DNA from: an uncultured Ignavibacteriaceae bacterium
GTDB lineage: Bacteria; Bacteroidota; Ignavibacteria; Ignavibacteriales; Ignavibacteriaceae
Assembly (NCBI GenBank): GCA_964596145.1
Contig: CAZQSR010000001.1
Span: 2,023-66,022, forward strand
Length of the DNA: 64,000 bases
Reading direction: 5' to 3'
Both the position numbers and the translations under genes were made by a program. The notes beneath the pieces are model-generated. The model was given only the letters and a program-made list of their open reading frames with translations, had not been told where the DNA came from and did not search any database. Positions within the stretch are counted from its first letter, which is position 1. Every line of letters starts with the position of its first letter. This document shows, piece after piece, positions 43,256 to 51,089 of this stretch.

Positions 43256-43451
43256 TAAAGTTTAGTATTATTGAGTGAGTTTTGGGTTTTAGTTTGGAGA
43301 TTTTAATTTGTGTTTGAATGAAGGTGAGGGATTGAGTCACCACCACCAACCACACTCCACAAAACTATCACCAACAACAACCCTAAAAAAATCACTAAAA
43401 ACATCATCAATTATAACCAAATCCTCAACAACACAAAATTTATAAATTATT
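43256..43451. other. strand-composition switch element: 81-nt C-free (G/T-rich) run abutting a 115-nt G-free (A/C-rich) run
   Basis: There is no C in 43256-43336 and no G in 43337-43451, read directly. The arms share partially complementary words (AGTTTGGAGATTTT vs CTCCACAAAACT). Confidence 0.7.
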
Positions 43452-43517
43452 GCACCTATCATGCAATGACTCAACTAGCGAGAGTATAAAATTGGTTTCC
43501 GAAGAGAGCTAGTCGAA

Positions 43518-44060
43518 ATGTATCAACATCAAACCCAAAAAATAAAAAAAATGAACACAAATTTAAAAATGGTCAATGTACCATCAGATTCACTCATTGT
43601 TTTACACAGTGAAAAAATTACAAGGAAAGCAAATGTTAAGATGTTCCAATCAGGAACTATTTCTCTTAACGGCTTTGCTATCACTCAATTGTTGGAAGGA
43701 TTTAGTCTTTTAGTTCAATCCTATTCATCAATATCAACATTGAAAGAGCACACAAATCTGTCTCTTAAAATTGCCAAAGGAATTGCAACTGCAGTACAGC
43801 TCGGCGGTAACGCAGAGTATTTAGTTTCATATTCAGAAGTACGAATTTTAAAAGAATGGTTGGAAGCTCGCATGCGTCATTGTGAGCAGGAACGAGATAA
43901 AAGAGTAACTTGGCCTCATGATCGAGATGCTCTGAAATTTAATCCTGATACCTATATCGGGCAGAAACTTTTACTTCTTGACCTAAGAGAACTTCTTCTT
44001 GGAGAAGTAATTGCTACTGAAACTGATCATTGGGATGGAGATAATTCAGCTCAACAATAA
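43518..44060 (+). CDS. hypothetical protein (180 aa)
   Basis: Intact ORF ending in TAA. Confidence 0.65.
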   Translation: MYQHQTQKIKKMNTNLKMVNVPSDSLIVLHSEKITRKANVKMFQSGTISLNGFAITQLLEGFSLLVQSYSSISTLKEHTNLSLKIAKGIATAVQLGGNAEYLVSYSEVRILKEWLEARMRHCEQERDKRVTWPHDRDALKFNPDTYIGQKLLLLDLRELLLGEVIATETDHWDGDNSAQQ

Positions 44061-44118
44061 TTCTAAATCGCTGGCAGACCGATAATAGTCTGCTATAATA
44101 TTTAAAAAAACTATAATA

Positions 44119-44541
44119 ATGAAATCGATATTAAAACAATTTCAGTATACTTCCAATTTATGCACAGTGTACAAAAATCCAGTAGGATTTACTTATTTCT
44201 ACTGTGGCTATGGTGGAGGGACTCCATGCTTTTATATAGAAAAGAGCTGGAGTGCAAGGCTAGGCAAGATATCTAGTGAGGACATTAAAAATTCCTCTAT
44301 AGTTCATGGAACTATTGATGAATTTAAACAAGGCAAGCCAATTGTGGTAAGAAGCCCAATTGTGGGCTTTACAAGAGATATCTTAAAAGAAGATATAACT
44401 ATCGAAGGAGACGTCTACAAAAAAGGGACTAAAATATTTTACTCCGTAGAACATAACGGAGAATTCATATTTGACGGTAAGTTAGCTAAGGTTATCCGGG
44501 TTACGGAAAACTATAATTATGTTATAAAGCTGTTGAATTAG
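44119..44541 (+). CDS. hypothetical protein (140 aa)
   Basis: Intact ORF ending in TAG. Confidence 0.65.
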   Translation: MKSILKQFQYTSNLCTVYKNPVGFTYFYCGYGGGTPCFYIEKSWSARLGKISSEDIKNSSIVHGTIDEFKQGKPIVVRSPIVGFTRDILKEDITIEGDVYKKGTKIFYSVEHNGEFIFDGKLAKVIRVTENYNYVIKLLN

Positions 44542-44857
44542 TCTTAATCCTTGTTTTACTGGAATTTACCTTCTGAACAAAAGATACATGCAAATTAGCC
44601 TTTAATATACTATAACGACACGGCAAGATAGGTGGCGTATCTGGGGGTGCGAAGACAGAGTAATTAACTGTCGTAACATCAAGGGAAATAGCCTGCTGGT
44701 AATCGATGCGAAAGAGTTCAAGGACGACCACATAAGAGTTACTCGTCATCTCTTAAAAAATGTAAGTGGTTACGTATCGATTGCAGTCGTTATTTGATAG
44801 AATGATAAATAAAAACTAAGCGGTGCTGGCTGCTCTCGTGTGGAGCTGGTGAAAAGT

Positions 44858-45001
44858 ATGACAAAATTCTTATCACCTGAAGAGTTTAATGCTCTTCCAG
44901 AAAACCAGAAGGAATTGTACACATACATTCCTTCAGATTTTAATAGTTTTCATGACTACGATCATGGGAATTATTATGTTCTCAGTTCGGCTTTGATATA
45001 A
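44858..45001 (+). CDS. possible small protein (47 aa)
   Basis: ATG...TAA ORF below the track cut-off, with protein-like composition (MTKFLSPEEFNALPENQKELYTYIP...). Confidence 0.35.
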   Translation: MTKFLSPEEFNALPENQKELYTYIPSDFNSFHDYDHGNYYVLSSALI

Positions 45002-45208
45002 ATTCGTTTTTACAACATAAGCTCTATCCAGATTTGGGTATAGGATTACGAAGGTGCACACGTAATAATATCCTTGTTTGCTGGTTGGATTCCAGCGCAA
45101 AGCACTAATTTCAAATACAGCAACATCAGTTTCAAGTCCCGACTGTGCTTGATCGGTTGGCATATGAACATATGCTGTATTTATTTAATTATCGTAAAAA
45201 TGTACACA

Positions 45209-45514
45209 ATGAAACAATTCATTAACTGTACACCTCACGCCATTGTACTTAACGATGGTAGAGTATTCGAACCTTCTGGTTCAGTAGCTCGAGTGAGTAC
45301 TTCATTTACTGACTTTGCAGATGATGTTTGCATGGTTAAGTATGGAGAACTTACAGGAGTTCCTGAACGTCAGAAAGACACAATGTACATCGTATCTTCG
45401 ATGGTACTTGCGGCTTCTGATAGAGGGGATTTAGTAGCACCAGCTACAGGACATCCTGACTGTGTCAGAAATGACAAAGGTCAGATTGTTTCTGTTCCTG
45501 GCTTTGTATACTAA
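45209..45514 (+). CDS. conserved-looking small protein (101 aa)
   Basis: MKQFINCTPHAIVLNDG...ARVS...VSSMVLAAS...GQIVSVPGFVY. The upstream 45 aa of the track ORF look non-coding. Confidence 0.6.
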   Translation: MKQFINCTPHAIVLNDGRVFEPSGSVARVSTSFTDFADDVCMVKYGELTGVPERQKDTMYIVSSMVLAASDRGDLVAPATGHPDCVRNDKGQIVSVPGFVY

Positions 45515-47497
45515 TACTCTGTGAGGTCCAGAATATAATGTGAATAATAGTAACATTATCTGGTGAAGGGATTGCAACCTTTATTACTCAATTGCTTTAA
45601 AATATTAAATCTACTCAATAGGGTCGAAATTAATCATGCGATTTAACCAGTTATGTTGGCATGGCTAGAGTAGTGTTTTAGTATAAAAATCTTTGATGCT
45701 GCGAATAATCTTCGTTCATAACAGCACAAATAGTCCGGCAGGTCGAAAGCCCTGTGACGAAGATCAAAGATTTTTTTCAATAATTATATCAATAGCATAG
45801 GTAATCCAATGCACACGAAAACTATTAAATTCTCCGACTATTTAAAAATAGGAAATAACACCTTAGACGTGTGGAAGCCAGTGGTAAGATTAATAGTGAC
45901 TTAACCGTGTATAAACTATCAAATACTGAACTTGAAAGGTAAACATAAGAACTGACTCGGAAAGTAGTAAGTAATTGATAGTTTTAAAAAACTTAATAAC
46001 TTCACAAGTCATTGAGTGCACCAGTTTCTAAAATCCGATTCTAACTAGTAGAGTAATAATTGGTTTAGTTTTAGGTGTAAAATGCAAAAGCTGTCAGTGA
46101 GTTAAACTGAATAGTTATACTTAAAGTAAGAATAGGTATAATGACTTAATGTTCTTGCAATCTGATTAATCCAGATTATCTAACATCTTTATAAATAGTT
46201 GCAAATGTTTATAAAGCTCTGGAAAATATGAATACTGAAAGTTATTCGACTTTGTGAGCAACCAGATGTCTCACGTGTCGATAACACCATCATATTGAGA
46301 TTAATTCATATGATGTTTTAAAAGACTTCCTTCAACAATTTTACCTTGAAGTTGTAGGATTAAATGAAAATACGGTAGTCCGTTAGGTAAGCTTAAAATC
46401 CAAATAAAAGTCTAAACTCACCACCAATGAGCAAAGATTTGAAAATGGTAGATATTGACAATTATGGTGATTGTTAGTATTGAGTATTAAATACAATGCT
46501 GTATCTTAATAAAATATCTCTGGCTCGGAGAATAGAGAATGATAATATGATTCACAAAGTATTATCATTCTCTATAATTAAATTATGTAGGTTTTGGTTG
46601 ATACAAATCTCTCAAAACAAATTACTCCGGCGAATAATGCCGCCTGCCGGAATTTAAAAATTAGAGAATAATCCCGAAGTTAAGCACAGATAGCGATATG
46701 TGTGGAAGATAGGGACAGCAACTGAAGTAAGGATTGATAGGAAGCTGAACGAACGAATCCTAGTGCGATGGTCAAAGACATTGCATGTTACAGTAGATTA
46801 AAGAGGACGCTCAATAATAGACTAGTAATTTATACAATAGACATTGATTTAATGATGCCAAGTAACTGTTCCAACAGTTCATCATTAAAATGGAAATCAA
46901 TTATATTGCTTTGCACACTAAAACTTGTATGGTGTGAATATTGTAATGTAGCCAAGGACTGTTCTAAGCCAGTGTAAATACAGACGACAATAAGACCAAC
47001 AACTTATACATTCAAACTAAAATGTATAGTTAAATCGATCCTAGAACTAGAAGTCTTTCTAGGCTGTTGGAATAGATAGAGTTGGAAATAAGTCCAGTGA
47101 TAACTACTAAGATCGTATCACTTTCCTCCTAATTAGTTCTTATTAGTTGGTGTAACTATTCAGTTTATAATTTGCTGCTTGCAAATCCTGGGACTCAGGG
47201 AATGATTAACATATTATGTTATGATTAAAGCGGGGCTAAATTACGTAATATATGGAGAGTATGCCATATTATTCAAACTACGTAAAAGTTTGTTGGAATA
47301 CCTGAAACCTTAGTTTGATTCTCTGTAAGGTGGAGGAAAAGAGAATAAGTAGTCATAAAATGTCTAAAGTTGGAAGATATATGATGAAGAGATAAAAATT
47401 GCTAGTAATAAAATTTTAATACACAAGCCATAAGCTAGCTGGTTAACTTCTGTGTATTATTTTAATATGAATTTTAAACTCAAAAAATAAAAAAATT
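45515..47497 (+). ncRNA. ORF-free, hairpin-dense 2-kb region: candidate large structured ncRNA(s); strand assumed from flanking genes
   Basis: Stops are frequent in all six frames, and the only track ORF is a weak 69-aa one. There are many long perfect stems, for example AGAGAATGATAATA/TATTATCATTCTCT (around 46533-46575), AAATCTTTGAT/ATCAAAGATTT enclosing nested stems (around 45690-45780) and AATGATG..ACTGTT/AACAGT..CATCATT (around 46851-46890). A terminator-like stem plus T-run lies at around 47425-47470. Confidence 0.45.
45591..45610 (+). repeat. 20-nt box ATTGCTTTAAAATATTAAAT (copy 2 of 2)
   Basis: 19/20 identical to 41981-42000. Confidence 0.8.
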
Positions 47498-47875
47498 ATG
47501 ATGGAAGTTCCAACTTGGAATCAAATTATTACTCTAATAGTAATATTTGGTTCAGCTGTAATAGCAAGGCAGTTGATTATCTCAAAAAAATCTGTTTCTT
47601 TAATAGATAAAGTAATAATTAAAATATTATTACACTATCTTGAAAACACAGATTATTGGGAAACTTATTATTGTACTGGGTTATGTGATTTTGTGGGTGT
47701 TTTGAACAAAGAAACAAAATGGGCTAAGTTTCCTGGTATTTGTAAAATAATGCTTAACTTTATTAATAGTAATTTTCCAAAAAACTCATATGGTGTTTTT
47801 TGGTTCGAACCAACGGATAAACAAGTTAGAATTGATTACTTAAAGAAATTATTGAATGAAGAAGTTAATCGATGA
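47498..47875 (+). CDS. hypothetical membrane-anchored protein (125 aa)
   Basis: Intact ORF with an N-terminal hydrophobic segment. Confidence 0.65.
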   Translation: MMEVPTWNQIITLIVIFGSAVIARQLIISKKSVSLIDKVIIKILLHYLENTDYWETYYCTGLCDFVGVLNKETKWAKFPGICKIMLNFINSNFPKNSYGVFWFEPTDKQVRIDYLKKLLNEEVNR

Positions 47876-48050
47876 TACAGAAGTCAATTCAAGAGGATAT
47901 TATTATCTGTTGGATTGGAATGAACAGGATAATTGGAATACAATTTTAATTTTATTTAATACGGCTAAGTTACATGAGCTAACTATTAGTCAGTATAAAG
48001 AGCTTTTTAAAATTGCAACAGAATCTGATTATAATGTATTAGACAAATAA
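47856..48050 (+). CDS. hypothetical small protein (64 aa)
   Basis: Intact ORF ending in TAA. Confidence 0.5.
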   Translation: MKKLIDDTEVNSRGYYYLLDWNEQDNWNTILILFNTAKLHELTISQYKELFKIATESDYNVLDK

Positions 48051-48096
48051 CATATTGTGAAATAGAAATATTTTGTTGTTCTTAAATAAAAATCAA

Positions 48097-48678
48097 ATGA
48101 AACTATACGAATTAAAAAATTATCGTTCATTAACATATCCAGTAGGTAAAGATATAAAAATTTTAAATATGTTTATAAATTCAGTTATTAATAAAATAAT
48201 TGAAGAAGAATTACTTTCAAATGTTCAAGAAATTACAGTTTGGTGCAGAGGAAGTAGTGGGGCTATGTTAGCAAGTCTTTTTTCTGCTAACTTAGTAGAA
48301 AAAATGAACGTTGATATAAAAATAAGTCATATCAAAAAACCAGGTGAACATTCTCATTATTGTAATTCAAGTGAAAATACTTTTTCTACCTACAATATTG
48401 TAATTGATGATTTAGTAGCAACTGGAAGTACATTAAAATTTCTTGAAGAACATTTCAGAAAAATAAAATTACCTCAAGTTGATATACTTATTTTAGGAAG
48501 TATAAACTACGATTTAGAAAATGATGCATGGAATTCTGAAAAAAATTATTATGATTTCTCAGATATTACATTCAGACATTTTATACCTGAAATTATTCTA
48601 ATAGGGTCAATGTTTCGTTTAAATCCAGATAAACTTAATGAATATGTTAAAAATCTTCCGACGACAAAATTCAATTAA
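48097..48678 (+). CDS. type I phosphoribosyltransferase-like protein
   Basis: YNIVIDDLVATGSTLKFL matches the PRPP-binding motif. The first ATG is at 48097; the track starts at an upstream TTG. Confidence 0.55.
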   Translation: MKLYELKNYRSLTYPVGKDIKILNMFINSVINKIIEEELLSNVQEITVWCRGSSGAMLASLFSANLVEKMNVDIKISHIKKPGEHSHYCNSSENTFSTYNIVIDDLVATGSTLKFLEEHFRKIKLPQVDILILGSINYDLENDAWNSEKNYYDFSDITFRHFIPEIILIGSMFRLNPDKLNEYVKNLPTTKFN

Positions 48679-48727
48679 ACTTTTAAAATTAAAAAAGAAT
48701 TTTAACTGACATTAAAACAAAATCATT

Positions 48728-49435
48728 ATGTATAAAAAAGTAAATGTGGTTATGCTTCCTACTAATGTATCTAAAAGATACAATTGCACAGAAGGGCTTA
48801 TTGTGAAATGCATTAAATCTTGGACTCCAATAGGTGAGGCTCCCATAGAAATAGATAAATTGTTTATTTCTAAAAATTGGTCAAAAGGAGTTTTATATTA
48901 TTATGAATGTCAACATCTTTATATTATTTCAGATGAAGAAGTAAAAGAAGGTGATTGGTTTGCGATTAGTAAGAATAAAGTAGTACAATGTCAAAATTGT
49001 TTAGGTGCTTTAGGATATACAAGAGATATTGATAATGCTTTTATTTATATTGTCTCAAAATATCATAACAAAATCATTGCAACAACTGATACTTCATTAA
49101 GATTACCACAACTGCCTCAAAAATTTATTGAGTTATATTGTCAAAAATATAATGAAGGTAATCCTATTACTGAGGTTATGGTTGAGTATGAAATAGGAGA
49201 ATGTAAATGTAAAGATATTGAGTTGTTTGGTGAGTGTATAAATCAATTTAATACTTGTATCAAATCAAAATTAAAAATCAACTCTGACAATACTATCAAC
49301 ATTAAACCAACTAAAGATAGTTGGACTCGAGAAGAAGTTATTGCATTATGCAGAAGTGCTCATTTACACGGTGAGCAAGGTGCATTAAATCTGCATAATC
49401 AAGTCTTTAAACAATGGATTGAAGAAAATTTATAA
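48728..49435 (+). CDS. hypothetical protein (235 aa)
   Basis: Intact ORF ending in TAA. Confidence 0.65.
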   Translation: MYKKVNVVMLPTNVSKRYNCTEGLIVKCIKSWTPIGEAPIEIDKLFISKNWSKGVLYYYECQHLYIISDEEVKEGDWFAISKNKVVQCQNCLGALGYTRDIDNAFIYIVSKYHNKIIATTDTSLRLPQLPQKFIELYCQKYNEGNPITEVMVEYEIGECKCKDIELFGECINQFNTCIKSKLKINSDNTINIKPTKDSWTREEVIALCRSAHLHGEQGALNLHNQVFKQWIEENL

Positions 49436-49456
49436 ACCCAAAACAAAAATAAAAAA

Positions 49457-49702
49457 ATGGAAGCATCAACATTATTACTCAGCATTATTCCAGAAAATTC
49501 AATTTTAGAAATGTTAGAAGAAGCTATTAAAGAACATAAACTTCTTAATACTCCTGAAACTAAAAAAGAATTAAAGACTATGGTAATCATGTATAGTATG
49601 AAACTTACTGTAGCAGAGAATATGGAGTCAGCTTTAGAATTTGAAAAAGAAGCTGAGAGAATGAGAGCTGGAATGAATTTACTTAATCCCAAAATAGGAT
49701 AA
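49457..49702 (+). CDS. hypothetical small protein (81 aa)
   Basis: Intact ORF ending in TAA. Confidence 0.6.
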   Translation: MEASTLLLSIIPENSILEMLEEAIKEHKLLNTPETKKELKTMVIMYSMKLTVAENMESALEFEKEAERMRAGMNLLNPKIG

Positions 49703-49703
49703 T

Positions 49704-49871
49704 ATGAAAGAACAGAAACTAACTAAAACTGATAAAAAAATATTAGCTCATAGAGCTTTTATATCAGTGTGTCAAAAATCAAATTCATATCCTGTTTGGA
49801 TGCAAGAATATTTTCGTAATGATTTAGATGCTTATAATAAAGCTATAAATCGTAATGAAATATTAAACTAG
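49704..49871 (+). CDS. hypothetical small protein (55 aa)
   Basis: ATG 2 nt after the previous stop. Ends in TAG and is followed by the nested hairpin GGGTTCC..CCTTC/GAAGG..GGAACCC (49877-49912). Confidence 0.5.
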   Translation: MKEQKLTKTDKKILAHRAFISVCQKSNSYPVWMQEYFRNDLDAYNKAINRNEILN

Positions 49872-50043
49872 TTATTTTTTGGGTTCCAATCCTTCTTCTG
49901 AAGGTGCGGAACCCATTAATTTTAAATTTACTAACCCAAAAAATACAAAAACATGGACGCATTAATTATTAACGGTCACCAGTTTCTCATTGATGATGAC
50001 AACAACCTTGGAGATTTTCAACGTAATCATACTCTAAACTAAT

Positions 50044-50229
50044 ATGAAAGACTGGTATGATGAAATGGTAGATGATCTACTAGAAGTAGGTACTCCACAG
50101 TTTATTGAAAAGGTTTATAATGGAGAATATCAAGAATATTGGTATCAAATTCTTCATGCTGAAGATAATATCAAAGCAAGACCTTACTTTCAAGAAATTT
50201 TTCAATCATTTTTAAACGCATATGTATGA
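50044..50229 (+). CDS. hypothetical small protein (61 aa)
   Basis: Intact ORF ending in TGA in an ATGA overlap. Confidence 0.55.
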   Translation: MKDWYDEMVDDLLEVGTPQFIEKVYNGEYQEYWYQILHAEDNIKARPYFQEIFQSFLNAYV

Positions 50230-50372
50230 AAATCTTAGGTAGTCTTTTTGTTTTAGGATTAGCAATTTTATTTGCCATCTTAAAAATTACAATTGCATCA
50301 TTTATCCTTTTTATAATAGGATTTGTTTTATTAATAATCCAAGTAAAACTATGTTATGAGCAAGAAAACTGA
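50226..50372 (+). CDS. small hydrophobic protein (48 aa)
   Basis: ATGA overlap with the previous gene. The sequence is almost entirely hydrophobic, with two TM-like stretches. Confidence 0.45.
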   Translation: MKILGSLFVLGLAILFAILKITIASFILFIIGFVLLIIQVKLCYEQEN

Positions 50373-50781
50373 TCCAACTGAACGTGCTAAAAAAGCAGCT
50401 ATAGCTCTTGCTAAAGTTCGTCTACAACAAGTAAATTTTACTTATAAGGAATTAACTGATGCACTACGTACTCACGGATTTCCCTATTTTATAGAAGGGG
50501 TTTCAATGTTAAAAAAGCTTGGTTTAATTGCTAAAGATTCTGAAGGTTATTATTTCACAACAAAAGAACCAATTCATTTTAGCAAGCTTCGTGCTCCTCT
50601 TGATGAATTATGTACTCGTTATGGAAGACAACCAAAAAATAATGTAATTCAAGAAGAGAAATTTGCATATCTTGTTTCTATGAACAATGAAATCACAGTA
50701 GTTCTTTCTGAAGAAAATTTACTTGAATTTATTAAACAAAATAGAACTGTAACCATAGAAAAAATAAAAATTTATGGCTAA
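50356..50781 (+). CDS. hypothetical protein (141 aa)
   Basis: Intact ORF. Confidence 0.65.
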   Translation: MSKKTDPTERAKKAAIALAKVRLQQVNFTYKELTDALRTHGFPYFIEGVSMLKKLGLIAKDSEGYYFTTKEPIHFSKLRAPLDELCTRYGRQPKNNVIQEEKFAYLVSMNNEITVVLSEENLLEFIKQNRTVTIEKIKIYG

Positions 50782-51070
50782 TCCTTATTTTCTTCCAAAC
50801 GATGATAAAAATTGTCGTTTGAAAGAACTTCCAGATGGACTTCGTATAATATACATTTTATCGTGTCCTGAAACATATCCCAAACGATCATTTAAATCGA
50901 AAAATAAATGGTATGTTAAAAGGTATTATGATCTCAAGTATACAAACAATATGTCAAATGTTATATCTCAAGCATATCTATACTTAAAAAGAGATACAAT
51001 GCTTGAATTAGCACTTTACAAGAAACAATTAATTGAGCAGAAAATTATTCAACTGTTTCTACAGTTTTAA
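50774..51070 (+). CDS. hypothetical protein (98 aa)
   Basis: Intact ORF ending in TAA. Confidence 0.6.
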   Translation: MANPYFLPNDDKNCRLKELPDGLRIIYILSCPETYPKRSFKSKNKWYVKRYYDLKYTNNMSNVISQAYLYLKRDTMLELALYKKQLIEQKIIQLFLQF

Positions 51071-51089
51071 ATAACAAAACAAATAAAAA

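Noticed and set aside
44522-45163. Minus-strand ORFs 44522..44749 and 44933..45163
   Set aside because: They run opposite to all neighbouring genes, overlap the ends of plus-strand genes, and their translations lack protein-like features.
46768-46977. 69-aa plus-strand ORF in the ORF-free region
   Set aside because: It is isolated, has no neighbours in a 2-kb stretch dense with stops, and overlaps strong hairpins. It is most likely a chance ORF.
49877-49912. GGGTTCCAATCC... as a tRNA T-arm or tRNA gene
   Set aside because: It is only a nested hairpin (GGGTTCC/GGAACCC with an inner CCTTC/GAAGG). No acceptor, D or anticodon arms can be drawn. It is more likely a terminator after gene 49704-49871.
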